From contig JAXGPF010000008.1 in assembly GCA_040767085.1 (NCBI GenBank), forward strand, positions 160,001 to 224,000: DNA of 64,000 nt, read 5' to 3'. The stretch is from Kiritimatiellia bacterium. GTDB lineage: Bacteria; Verrucomicrobiota; Kiritimatiellia; JAAZAB01. This document shows, in pieces, positions 37,396 to 46,955 of the stretch (position 1 is the first letter of the stretch; each line of letters opens with the position of its first letter). A program made the translations under genes and the position numbers. The notes below the pieces were generated by a model. It ran no database searches and was not told the origin of the DNA. It saw only the letters and a program-made list of their open reading frames with translations.

Positions 37396-38667
37396 ATGCG
37401 GATCAATTTGAGAAAATGGGCCGGACGGCTGTTGCACCTGGCAGTGGCGCTGGCGGCGGCGCTGGCGGTGTTGCGGGTTTTCCCATGGGATACGGCGCCG
37501 GCGCTGCCGGCGGCCGCCAGTCCCTGGGCCGTCTTATGCGCGGCGCTGGCCGCGCGCCGTTTCAGCTTGCTGGCGCTGGCGGGTTTGCCGTTGCTGGCGC
37601 TGGCCGCCTGGCGCGGCCGCTGGTTTTGCCGCGCCGTATGTCCGGCGGGATGGTTCCAACGTCTGGCGGAATGGCGGCGCCCGGTGCGCGGGGCATGGCT
37701 GAGGCGTTGCCCGCCGGTGGGCCAATGGATCATGTTGGCCGGGCTGGGCGGCGCCCTGGCAGGGGTGCCCTTGTTTCTGGGGTGGGATCCGCTGGTGTTG
37801 TTCACGGCTTTTTTCTCGGCGTGGCGGCCGACGCCGCCGTATTTCCATGAGTGGCGGTTCGCCGCCGGCTTGCTGGCGTTGCTGTTGCTGGCCTGGGCGG
37901 TCCCCCGCTTGTGGTGCGCCCGGTTGTGCCCCCTGGGCGCCTGGATGACCTTTTGCGGCCGCGCCGCCGCCTGGTTTTGGTTGCGCTGGTCCGGATGGCG
38001 CCGGCGCCGCGCCGCCGCACAGGGATCGCCGGGTGAAAATACGGCCGCCGGGCGCAACTTGCCGCCCGCCGGCGCGGCCGAATCATTCCGGGCGGGCGGC
38101 GTCAGCCGGCGCGGGTTCGCCGGCCTGGCTGGGGGCTTCCTGGCTGCCGGGGTGCTGCGGGCGTGGAGCGGTCAACGCGGCGCAACTTGTTTGCGTCCGC
38201 CGGGCGCCGCCGGGGAAGACCGCTTTAACGGCATGTGCGCGCGCTGCGGCAATTGCCTGCGCGCCTGTCCGGCCGGCATTCTCCGTCCGGCGCTGGGGGA
38301 GGCAGGCTGGGCGGGCGTGTTGACGCCGGTGGTGGATTTTCAGGGCGATTATTGCCACGAAACCTGCGCGGCCTGCGCCCAGGCATGTCCCACGGGGGCG
38401 ATTCAGCGTTTCCCGCCCGCGCGCAAGCCGGATTATAAAATCGGCACAGCCCGGGTGATCCACGATAGGTGCCTGGCGTGGCAGCATGGCGAATACTGCA
38501 TGGTATGCGATGAATTTTGTCCCTACAAGGCCGTGCGCATAGTCAGGCACGGCGGGGTGAATTGCCCGGAGGTGGATACCGCTTTGTGCCGCGGTTGCGG
38601 CGCCTGCCAGTGCCAGTGCCCGGCCGAACCGGGCCCGGCGATTGTCGTGGAACGCGGGCAACCATGA
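37396..38667 (+). CDS. Membrane polyferredoxin (NapH/MauN-like TM region plus MauM/NapG-like 4Fe-4S domain)
   Basis: GRWFCRAVCP, RLWCARLCPLG, LRPPGA, CARCGNCLRACP, CMVCDEFCP, CRGCGACQCQCP. Confidence 0.88.
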   Translation: MRINLRKWAGRLLHLAVALAAALAVLRVFPWDTAPALPAAASPWAVLCAALAARRFSLLALAGLPLLALAAWRGRWFCRAVCPAGWFQRLAEWRRPVRGAWLRRCPPVGQWIMLAGLGGALAGVPLFLGWDPLVLFTAFFSAWRPTPPYFHEWRFAAGLLALLLLAWAVPRLWCARLCPLGAWMTFCGRAAAWFWLRWSGWRRRRAAAQGSPGENTAAGRNLPPAGAAESFRAGGVSRRGFAGLAGGFLAAGVLRAWSGQRGATCLRPPGAAGEDRFNGMCARCGNCLRACPAGILRPALGEAGWAGVLTPVVDFQGDYCHETCAACAQACPTGAIQRFPPARKPDYKIGTARVIHDRCLAWQHGEYCMVCDEFCPYKAVRIVRHGGVNCPEVDTALCRGCGACQCQCPAEPGPAIVVERGQP

Positions 38668-38713
38668 ATCATTGCGCCATTGCGGCGTTTTCAGAAAGGT
38701 GTGTTCCAGCAAG

Positions 38714-39943
38714 ATGCGTAAAAAATTTTTAGGATTCGGGTTCGGCGCCATTCAGGGCGGATTGTTTTTGTACGAGGCCTTCCAGTCGGGCAATTTTGAC
38801 CAATTGGCCGTGGCGGAAGTCATGCCGGAGGTGGTGGACGCCTTGCGCGCGGCGGAGGGCGTTTACCGGGTGAATGTGGCCGGGCGGGCCGGCATTACCC
38901 GGCATGAAGTGCGCGGCGTGACGGCTTGGAATCCCCGGGAGCCGGACGACCGGCAAAAATTGATCGCCGCCGCCGCCGAGGCGGATGAAATCGCCACGGC
39001 TTTGCCCAGCGTGGAGTTTTACGGCGCTGGCGCCCCCGATTCGGTCGTGGGCATCCTGGCGGAAGGTTTGCGGCGGCGGCAGGCCGGCGCCGCCCGGTCC
39101 GCCTGCGTGATTTACACCGCGGAAAACCACAACCACGCGGCGGAAATCCTGTGGGAGCGCCTGGCGCGCCAACTGGGGCCGGCGGCGGAGTGGGCCGCGG
39201 AACATGTCCAGTGCCTCAACACCGTGATCGGCAAGATGAGCGGGGTGGTGACGGACGCCGCGCAAATCCGCGCCCAGGAACTGGCGCCCTTGACGCCGCG
39301 CGCCCGGCGCTGCCTCCTGGTGGAGGAATTCAACCGCATCCTGATTACCCGCATTGGGCTGCCGGGGTTCCGGCGCGGCATCGGGGTGTTTGAAGAGAAG
39401 CCGGACCTCCTGCCGTTCGAAGAGGCCAAGTTGTACGGCCACAACGCCACCCATGCCCTGCTGGGCTACCTGGCGCGCTTGCGCGGCTTGCAGTTCATGG
39501 CGGACGCGCGCGCTGAAGCGGACTTGCTGAAGGTGGCGCGCGCCGCCTTTATCGAAGAATCCGGCGGCGCGCTTTGCCGCCGGCATGCCGGGGTGGATGC
39601 CTTGTTTACTCCCGCGGGTTATGCCGCCTATGCGGACGATTTGCTGGAACGCATGCTGAACCCGCACTTGCGCGATGCCATTGACCGCGTGGTGCGCGAT
39701 CCGCGGCGTAAACTCGGATGGGATGACCGCCTGGTGGGGGTGATGCGCGCGGCTTTGTCGGAAAACATCAATCCCGCGCGCTATGCGCTCGGCGCCGCCG
39801 CCGCGCTGCGCATGTTGGCAGAACAGGACCCCGGCGCGGCGTCCGGCCTGCCGCGGCAGTGGCAGGAGTCCGGGGCCGCGCCCGCGGAAGTTGAGCGGAT
39901 CATGCGCCTGATCCGCGCGGCGGATGCGTCGCTCCGGGTTTGA
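38714..39943 (+). CDS. Mannitol/mannitol-1-phosphate dehydrogenase-like oxidoreductase
   Basis: GFGFGAIQGG Rossmann motif, TAEN, EEAKLYGHNATHA (cf. MtlD ERKLFTLNTGHA), RDPRRKLGWDDRL. Confidence 0.7.
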   Translation: MRKKFLGFGFGAIQGGLFLYEAFQSGNFDQLAVAEVMPEVVDALRAAEGVYRVNVAGRAGITRHEVRGVTAWNPREPDDRQKLIAAAAEADEIATALPSVEFYGAGAPDSVVGILAEGLRRRQAGAARSACVIYTAENHNHAAEILWERLARQLGPAAEWAAEHVQCLNTVIGKMSGVVTDAAQIRAQELAPLTPRARRCLLVEEFNRILITRIGLPGFRRGIGVFEEKPDLLPFEEAKLYGHNATHALLGYLARLRGLQFMADARAEADLLKVARAAFIEESGGALCRRHAGVDALFTPAGYAAYADDLLERMLNPHLRDAIDRVVRDPRRKLGWDDRLVGVMRAALSENINPARYALGAAAALRMLAEQDPGAASGLPRQWQESGAAPAEVERIMRLIRAADASLRV

Positions 39944-40150
39944 AAGAGGAACCGCGGCGCGACATTCGCGTCCTGCCCGATGCCTGGCTGTTGCCGCTTT
40001 GTGGGAAATACGGCGTTTTTTAATTTGTGGCGAATGGGATTTTCTGTTAGCATGTAGCCACATGATTTTGCGCATGCTTCGCGTTCCAGCCGGCGATGCC
40101 GCTGGCGCTGCGGCTTGACGCGGCGAATTGACTCAGTTCAAGAGGTGAAA

Positions 40151-42085
40151 ATGCATCGTTCGTTCTATCGTATCCCTGTTGACTTTGCCCTGGCGTTGCT
40201 TGGAATCTGGGCGGCGGTGCTGTTGCCGGCCCCTTGGGCGCGGGGCGGGCTGGTGGTGGAGCCGGCGAGTTTTTCGCGGGCGGTGATGGCGGGGATAAAT
40301 TTGGAAGAGGACGAGCTGCGGCTGACGAACGCGAGCGCGAGCGGGACGGTGTATTACGGGGCCGCGGTGACGGCGGGCGTGGGCTGGCTGGGTCTGGGGG
40401 CGCCGGCGCAGTGGTCGTTGGCGCCGGGCGGGGAGGGGACGCTGGCGGTGACGTACAGCACGGCGGGGCTGGCGACGGGGCAATACAGCGGCAAAATACT
40501 TTTGACGAACGCGGTGGTGGAAGGCTTGGAGACGAATGAAGGCGCGCCGCGGGAGGTGCCGGTGCTGTTGCAGGTGAATCCGCGGCCGGAGTTGCAGGTG
40601 AGCGCGACGGTGATCAGCAACATGGCGAGCGAGGGAGAGGATGCGGAGCCGCGGATCTTCCAGGTATGGAACGGGAGCGGGTATTACACATTGAACTACA
40701 GCATTGCCGACGATGCGCCGTGGGTGATTCCGAGCGTGAGCGCCGGGAGTTGCACGACGGAGCACGATGTGATCGGCCTGGATTACAGCACGGCGGGCCT
40801 GGCGGCGGGGAGTTACACGGGGCGTGTGACGGTGACGGCGGCGGAGCCGGTGGGGGGGGTGAAGTCGCGGGTGATCGTGCTGCGGCTGGAGGTCACGGGT
40901 CTGGCGGGATTGGGTTGCGACGGGTCGGCGCAGGCGTACGATCTGCGGCTGGGCGAAGGCGCGGCGGAAGGTAGTTTCAAGGTATGGAATACGGGGATGA
41001 GCGCTGGGACGTCGCTGCGGTGGAGCGCGGCGTTGGCCTCGGGGGCCGCGCCGTGGTTGAGTCTGAGTCCGAGCGCGGGGGAAGCGGGGGCGGGTGGGGC
41101 GAAGCAGACGGTGCGGGTGCGGTGCGATCCGGCGGGGATGGAGCCTGGGAGTTACAGTGCGCTGGTGCGGGTTTCCGGGGTGGACACGCTGACGGGGCAG
41201 GCGGCGCGTGGTTCGCCGCATGACATTTACGTGAGCCTGCTGGTGCGGGCGGGGGACCGGCTGCATTTTGGCGGGGATTACGGTTCGTCGCTGATCGTGT
41301 ACGGCGCAGAAACGGGCTACTGGGGGTTGGGCGATTTGAGCGGGGAACAGTATTGGACGTGGTTTGGCGGGTACGGGTACGCGCCGGCGCCCGGTGATTA
41401 CGATGGTGACGGGGTGGCGGAACTGGGGGTGTACCGGGCATCCAGCGGGGGATGGTATTGGCGGAAAGCGGGGAGCGAGAACATATACCTGCTGGGGAAC
41501 TGGGGCGGGCCCGGGTGCCAGCCGGTGCAGGGCGACTTTGACGGGGATGGGCGGCAGGATTTCGTATTGTACCACGAGGGGCAGGGGCAGTGGTATGCGC
41601 TGTTGTCGGCGTACGGGTACCAGGGGGTGCAGGTGTCCTTCGGCGGGCCGGGATACGCGGCGGTGCATGGCGACTTTGACGGGGACGGGCTGGCGGACCC
41701 GGCATTGTACCATGCAGGGCAGGGCGTCTGGCAAGGGCTGGTGTCGAGCCTGGGCTACAAGTATGTGCAGGGGGCGTTCGGCGGGCCGGGGTACCAGGGG
41801 CTGGCGGGCGACTTTGACGGCGACGGCCGGACGGACTTGTGCTTGTACCATACGAGCGGCCGGTGGTATATCCTGTCGGTGGACGGCCGGGTGCTGTTGA
41901 ATGGCGACTGGTGGGGCGGACCGGGCTGGACGCCGGCGGTGGCGGACTACGACGGCGACGGCGCGGATGACCTGGCGGTGTACGATGAGGCGGGCGGCCG
42001 CTGGCGCATCCGCCGGCGCAACGGGACAACTCTCGCCTGGGACATGCCCCTTGGCGGCTACGGCTACCAGGCCGTCGGTAAATGA
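40151..42085 (+). CDS. Secreted BACON/Ig-like plus FG-GAP (VCBS-type) repeat surface protein
   Basis: GAGG RBS, signal peptide, three Ig-like repeats (YSTAGLATGQYSG / YSTAGLAAGSYTG / DPAGMEPGSYSA), five D(Y/F)DGDG repeats. Confidence 0.85.
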   Translation: MHRSFYRIPVDFALALLGIWAAVLLPAPWARGGLVVEPASFSRAVMAGINLEEDELRLTNASASGTVYYGAAVTAGVGWLGLGAPAQWSLAPGGEGTLAVTYSTAGLATGQYSGKILLTNAVVEGLETNEGAPREVPVLLQVNPRPELQVSATVISNMASEGEDAEPRIFQVWNGSGYYTLNYSIADDAPWVIPSVSAGSCTTEHDVIGLDYSTAGLAAGSYTGRVTVTAAEPVGGVKSRVIVLRLEVTGLAGLGCDGSAQAYDLRLGEGAAEGSFKVWNTGMSAGTSLRWSAALASGAAPWLSLSPSAGEAGAGGAKQTVRVRCDPAGMEPGSYSALVRVSGVDTLTGQAARGSPHDIYVSLLVRAGDRLHFGGDYGSSLIVYGAETGYWGLGDLSGEQYWTWFGGYGYAPAPGDYDGDGVAELGVYRASSGGWYWRKAGSENIYLLGNWGGPGCQPVQGDFDGDGRQDFVLYHEGQGQWYALLSAYGYQGVQVSFGGPGYAAVHGDFDGDGLADPALYHAGQGVWQGLVSSLGYKYVQGAFGGPGYQGLAGDFDGDGRTDLCLYHTSGRWYILSVDGRVLLNGDWWGGPGWTPAVADYDGDGADDLAVYDEAGGRWRIRRRNGTTLAWDMPLGGYGYQAVGK

Positions 42086-42251
42086 AATCGGCGGCCCAAG
42101 GCGGCGGGGGAAGGCGTGAAACCGCGCGCGGGTGATTATGGCGATCACACCCGGTTTTGGCGGCGTTATCTTGCATCGCCGCTGTTCGCCGACCTGGAGT
42201 AATCCGGAATATTTGGCTTGCTTTTTTTGGTCTTTCATGTGAATATTTTGT

Positions 42252-42269
42252 TCAGATTATTTGATCTGA
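42252..42269. promoter_or_regulatory. TCAGAT-N6-ATCTGA palindrome, candidate DeoR-family operator
   Basis: Perfect 6-bp inverted repeat 13 bp before the DeoR start, downstream of TTGCTT-17-GAATAT. Confidence 0.4.
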
Positions 42270-42282
42270 TTGTGCAAGTATT

Positions 42283-43065
42283 ATGAAGCCGGATAAACGC
42301 CAGCAGCAAATCATGGAGCGTTTGCGCGCAGTGCCGCAGGAATGGGGCGTGGCCGAGTTGGCGCAGGCCATGCAGGTGTCGCCCCTGACCATCCGGCGCG
42401 ATTTGGATGTCCTGGAAAAAAACGGGGCGATCGTCCGCACCATCGGCGGCTGCCTGGCCGTCTGGCGGTTGCATCATGCGGATTACCAGCGCCGCGTGGC
42501 GCATAATTTCGAGTTGAAACAAGCGATCGGGCGCGCCGCGGCCCGGGAAGTCCGGCCCGGTGATGTCCTGCTGATCAACGACGGTTCGACGGCTTACCAC
42601 CTGGCTTCCTGTCTCGGCGCGCGCGGACCTTTGTCGGTTTATACCAATTCCGTGGCGATGATCGGCGAATTGCGCCGGTTTGACAATGTGCGCTTGTACA
42701 TCCTGGGCGGCGCATACAACGTCCGCCTTTCGTTCATGTCCGGCGCCCTGCTGCAGAAGGCGCTGGAAAACCTGGCGGCCGATGCGGCGTTTGTCGGCGC
42801 GGACGCGATTGACGACCGGGGGCGGTGCCTGACGCTGGACCAGGAAACCGCGCGCACGGCGGAGTTGATGTTGCGCCATGCCCGCCGCAAGATTTTGCTG
42901 GCCGACCACACCAAAATCCAGAACCGCGGGGGAGTGGCCTACGGCTCGCTGCGGGATTTCGACTTGTGGATCACCTCGGCCGGCGCCGGGATGAAAACCA
43001 TGCGGCCATTGAAAAAAATGACGCGCGTCATGGCGGTGGCGGCCGCCGGCGCGGCGCCTGGTTGA
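42283..43065 (+). CDS. DeoR/GlpR family transcriptional regulator
   Basis: RQQQIME, VSPLTIRRDLDVLE HTH, KQAIGRAAA, NDGSTA, LLADHTK. Confidence 0.93.
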   Translation: MKPDKRQQQIMERLRAVPQEWGVAELAQAMQVSPLTIRRDLDVLEKNGAIVRTIGGCLAVWRLHHADYQRRVAHNFELKQAIGRAAAREVRPGDVLLINDGSTAYHLASCLGARGPLSVYTNSVAMIGELRRFDNVRLYILGGAYNVRLSFMSGALLQKALENLAADAAFVGADAIDDRGRCLTLDQETARTAELMLRHARRKILLADHTKIQNRGGVAYGSLRDFDLWITSAGAGMKTMRPLKKMTRVMAVAAAGAAPG

Positions 43066-43176
43066 AGTTTGCATAACATACAAGGGCGCAAGCGAGGCTG
43101 CCGGCGGACTCGGCATTGATGCCGCCGGCGGCCATTACGCAATCGCGGGGATGATCCCGCTGCAAGGGGGGAGACA

Positions 43177-44553
43177 ATGCAAGGAAAGATTAAAATTGAT
43201 TGGGCGAAAGTCGATTTAAAAAAGTATCCGCGGCTGGCGAGCGCGGAAATCCCGGGGCCGCGTTCAGTGGAAATGCACCAGCGCGCGGCGCAGATCATGA
43301 AGGGCTATTCCGGCCAGGTCAAACTGTTCCCGGTGGTGTTCGAAAAGGGGCACGGCGTCACCCTGACCGATGTGGACGGCAATATTTACCTGGATTTTTC
43401 GTCCGGCATCTATGTCACCACGCTCGGTCATTGCCACCCGAAGGTCTCGGAAGCCGTGCAGAAATATGCCGGGCAGCTGATGAACTGCCACGATTTCACC
43501 ACGCCCATTAAATTGGAACTGCTTGAAAAGCTGGCCGGCATCCTGCCGGGCGACCTGTCCGGCGTGCAGTTGTACGACAGCGGCACCACGGCGGTGGAAG
43601 CCGGCTTGCGGGTCTGCCGCATGGCCACCGGCAAGCATGAGTTGCTTTCCTGTTACGGCGATTTCCACGGCAAAAGCGGGCATGCGGTCAGCCTGGCGCG
43701 CATGAATCGCGCCAACGGGCCGACGCGCACGCCCGGTTTTTACATGATGCCGCGTCCGAATCCGTACCGGCCGTTGTTTAAAAAACCTGACGGGACGATT
43801 GATACCGACGCCTACCTGTCTTTTTATGACGAATTCATTAAGGAGGCCACCACCGGCCAGGTGGCGGCGATCGTGCTGGAGCCCATCCAGGGCTGGGCCG
43901 GCTCGGTCTTTCCTCCTGACGATTTCTTCCCCAAACTGCGCCGGTGGTGCGACGCGCGCAAGATCCTGCTCTTTGCCGACGAAGTCCTGACTTCCATGGG
44001 GCGCACCGGCAAGTTCCTGGCCATGGAGCACTGGGATACCCTGCCGGACGTGGTGACGCTCGGCAAAGGTTTCGGCAACGGGTTCCCGGTGACCGCCATG
44101 GTCGTCCGCAAGCCTTACGCCGAGGCGGTGGAATCCATCAGCGCCTCCACCAGTTACGGCGGCAATCCGATGGCCTGCGCCGCGGCGCTGGCCTCCATCG
44201 TGGCGATCGAAGAGGAAGGCCTGCTGGAAAACGCCAAACGGCTTGAGGATTATTTTATCCCGCGCCTGGAAAAAATGAAACAGGCGCATCCCATCATCGG
44301 CGATGTCCGCTGCAAGGGCTGCCTGATGGGCATCGAATTGGTCAAGGACCGCGCTGCCAAGACGCCGTTTGACGAGGCGGGCCGGCAGGTATATCAACGC
44401 GCCTTCCGCAAGGGGTTGGCCTGGATTCCGGCCGGCCACATCCTGCGCATGAGCCCGCCGATCGTGATGGACTTGGAGACCGCCGCCAAGTGCATGGATA
44501 TGATCGACGAAGCCATCGGCGAGACGGAGCGCGACTTGGGATACGGCGGATAG
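43177..44553 (+). CDS. Class III PLP-dependent aminotransferase (GabT-like fold)
   Basis: DVDGNIYLDF, GHCHP, FHG, EPIQG, ADEVLTSMGRTG, PDVVTLGKGFGNG, TSYGGNP. Confidence 0.93.
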   Translation: MQGKIKIDWAKVDLKKYPRLASAEIPGPRSVEMHQRAAQIMKGYSGQVKLFPVVFEKGHGVTLTDVDGNIYLDFSSGIYVTTLGHCHPKVSEAVQKYAGQLMNCHDFTTPIKLELLEKLAGILPGDLSGVQLYDSGTTAVEAGLRVCRMATGKHELLSCYGDFHGKSGHAVSLARMNRANGPTRTPGFYMMPRPNPYRPLFKKPDGTIDTDAYLSFYDEFIKEATTGQVAAIVLEPIQGWAGSVFPPDDFFPKLRRWCDARKILLFADEVLTSMGRTGKFLAMEHWDTLPDVVTLGKGFGNGFPVTAMVVRKPYAEAVESISASTSYGGNPMACAAALASIVAIEEEGLLENAKRLEDYFIPRLEKMKQAHPIIGDVRCKGCLMGIELVKDRAAKTPFDEAGRQVYQRAFRKGLAWIPAGHILRMSPPIVMDLETAAKCMDMIDEAIGETERDLGYGG

Positions 44554-44722
44554 GGGCAGAGGGGCAAAGGCACAGAGGGGCAGAGGATAGAGGCACAAAG
44601 GGGCAGAGAGGTGCAAAGGCAGCAGGGCAAAGAGAAAAGATGAAGCAATCCGTCTATGATCCTTTAATCCTATGATCCTTTGCCCCTCTTCTGGTGCCTA
44701 TGATCCTTTGATCCTTTGCCCC
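44553..44722. repeat. Octamer tandem-repeat hairpin element, copy 1
   Basis: (GGGGCAGA/GGCACAAA)n arm, core agatgaagcaatccgtc, then (TATGATCC/TTTGCCCC)n arm. Confidence 0.85.
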
Positions 44723-44776
44723 TTTAAATGGTGTTCTTGCGTTTTAATGTCAAATATCCATAGAAAGCGGTTCAGT

Positions 44777-45916
44777 ATGCAATCATTCAGATTCGGAATT
44801 ATCGGCGCGGGATTGATGGGGCGGGAATTCGCCAGCGCGGCGGCGCGCTGGGCGCATTTGACGGACGGGCCGCCGCGTCCGGAAATCGCGGCCGTCTGCG
44901 ACCGCAATCCTGCGATATTCGCGTGGTATCGCGCCAATTTCCCGCAGATCGGGTTTTATACCCCCGATTACCGGGAATTGCTGGCGCGGCCGGATCTTGA
45001 CGCGGTCTACGTCGCGGTGCCGCACAATCTCCATGCGGAAATTTACTGCGCGGCGATCCGGGCCGGCAAGCACCTGATGGGCGAGAAGCCGTTCGGCATC
45101 GACCTGGCCGCCAATCAATCCATCCTGGCGTGTTTGCGCGGCCAGCCCGGCGTGACGGCGCGCTGCGCCTCGGAATTTCCGTTCTTCCCGGCGATGCAGC
45201 GCATCTGCGCCATGCTGGAAGCCGGCGCCTTCGGCCGCATCATCGAAGTCAATGCCGCGTTCATGCATTCCAGCGACCTGGATCCGGAAAAACCCATCAA
45301 CTGGAAGCGCATGGTGGAAATCAATGGCGAGTATGGCGTCATGGGCGATCTGGGGATGCACGTCTGCCACGTGCCCTTCCGCGCCGGCTGGCGCCCGCTT
45401 AACGTGCGGGCGGTTTTGTCCAATATTGTCCCGGAACGCCCCGACGGCAAAGGCGGGCGCGTTCCCTGCCGGACCTGGGATAACGCCATCATGCTGTGCG
45501 AGACGGCCGATCGGGATGGCAAAATTTTTCCCATGACGCTCAAGACCCAGCGGATTGCGCCGGGCGAGAAGAACACCTGGCGCTTTGAAATTCTCGGCGT
45601 CAAAGCCTGCGCCCGGTTTTCCACCAAGAATCCCAAATTGCTCGAGTTGCTGGAATACAAGGGCGGAGAACAAGTCTGGCAGCAGATTGACATGGGGTAT
45701 GAGACGGCCTTCCCGACGGTCACCGGTGGGATTTTCGAATTCGGGTTTACCGACGCCATCCAGCAGATGTGGGCGGCATTCCTGTTTGAACTTGCGCACC
45801 GGAAACCGAAAGCCAGGTTCGCCGGATGCGTTACGCCGGAAGAAACGGCGTTGAGCCACAAATTGTTCACCGCCGCCCTGCAGTCGCAGGCGGAAAGTAA
45901 AGTGGTGGAGCTGTGA
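44777..45916 (+). CDS. Gfo/Idh/MocA family oxidoreductase
   Basis: GIIGAGLMGREFAS, GKHLMGEKPFG, GVMGDLGMH. Confidence 0.92.
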   Translation: MQSFRFGIIGAGLMGREFASAAARWAHLTDGPPRPEIAAVCDRNPAIFAWYRANFPQIGFYTPDYRELLARPDLDAVYVAVPHNLHAEIYCAAIRAGKHLMGEKPFGIDLAANQSILACLRGQPGVTARCASEFPFFPAMQRICAMLEAGAFGRIIEVNAAFMHSSDLDPEKPINWKRMVEINGEYGVMGDLGMHVCHVPFRAGWRPLNVRAVLSNIVPERPDGKGGRVPCRTWDNAIMLCETADRDGKIFPMTLKTQRIAPGEKNTWRFEILGVKACARFSTKNPKLLELLEYKGGEQVWQQIDMGYETAFPTVTGGIFEFGFTDAIQQMWAAFLFELAHRKPKARFAGCVTPEETALSHKLFTAALQSQAESKVVEL

Positions 45917-45921
45917 AAAGA

Positions 45922-46030
45922 GGGGCGGAGGGGCCGGTAAAGGGGCAGAGGATCAGAGGGGCAGATGGGCAGAGTGAAGAGATGAAGCAATCCGTCTATG
46001 ATCCTTTGATCCTATGAACCTTTGCCCCTC
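45922..46030. repeat. Octamer tandem-repeat hairpin element, copy 2
   Basis: 45980-46030 matches 44638-44688 at 49/51 positions. Confidence 0.85.
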
Positions 46031-46079
46031 CTCCGGGCGCCTGCGGGCCTATGATTCACATAACAATAAAAGGGAAAAA

Positions 46080-46889
46080 ATGCAGAACATAAAATTCGAG
46101 CGGTTGTTCAATCGCGGGGAGCGGGCGGTGATCGTGGCCATGGATCACTGCGAGTTCGACGGGCCGATTCCGGGGATGATCAATCTGGCCGAGACGGCGG
46201 CCAGGGTTGATCCGGTGGTGGACGGCATCCTGATGTCCCCGGCCATGCTGCCGCATTGCCGGAAGGCTTTTAATTACAAGGGCGCGCCCTTGGCGGTCGT
46301 CCGTTTGAATTGGAGCACGGTGTACTGCTACCAGTGGGAATACAAGGATGCCGTCACCGTGCCGGCCTTCAGCCCGGCGGAGGCTTTGCGGCTGGGCGCC
46401 GACGTGGCGCTGATTTCGCTGACACTGGAAACCGGCAGCGAGGCGAATGACGCCCGGAATGTCGAGGTGTTCCGCAAGCTTTGCGCCGAAGCCAAGGAGT
46501 TGGGCATGCCCGTGGTGGGCGAGTATTACCCGGCCGATCCGGACAATCTCACGGCGGAGGAGTTGCATGTCAAGGTGCATGCCTGCGCCCGGATCATCGC
46601 CGAACTGGGCGCCGACCTGATCAAGACTTTTTACACCTGCGATTTCAAGGCCGTCACCCGGAGCTGCCCGGTGCCGGTGCTGGGGCTGGGCGCGGCGCGC
46701 TGTCCGACGCAACTGGAGGCTTTGCAACTGGCGGCCGCCGAGGTGCGCGACGGCGCCGGCGGCGTGGTGTTCGGGCGCAATGCCGTGCAGGTGCGCGATC
46801 CGGGCGCGTTCCAGCGCGCTTTGTGCGATGTGGTCAAGCGCAATGTCCAGCCGGCCGCTGCCGTTCGCAAATACAAGTTGAAAGATTGA
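46080..46889 (+). CDS. DhnA/LsrF-type class I aldolase family protein
   Basis: IVAMDH, ALRLGAD, GMPVVGE, RIIAELGADLIKT (Schiff-base Lys), GVVFGRN. Confidence 0.88.
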   Translation: MQNIKFERLFNRGERAVIVAMDHCEFDGPIPGMINLAETAARVDPVVDGILMSPAMLPHCRKAFNYKGAPLAVVRLNWSTVYCYQWEYKDAVTVPAFSPAEALRLGADVALISLTLETGSEANDARNVEVFRKLCAEAKELGMPVVGEYYPADPDNLTAEELHVKVHACARIIAELGADLIKTFYTCDFKAVTRSCPVPVLGLGAARCPTQLEALQLAAAEVRDGAGGVVFGRNAVQVRDPGAFQRALCDVVKRNVQPAAAVRKYKLKD

Positions 46890-46955
46890 TATGGCGCCGG
46901 TGTGCCGGTATGCAAAAAAAAAGGCGGGGCGGCCCGAAGATCGCAGGAAGTGGAT

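Noticed and set aside
44672-44776. N-terminal extensions of the ORFs starting at 44672 and 46014
   Set aside because: They are translations of the octamer repeat element; family homology starts at 44777 and 46080.
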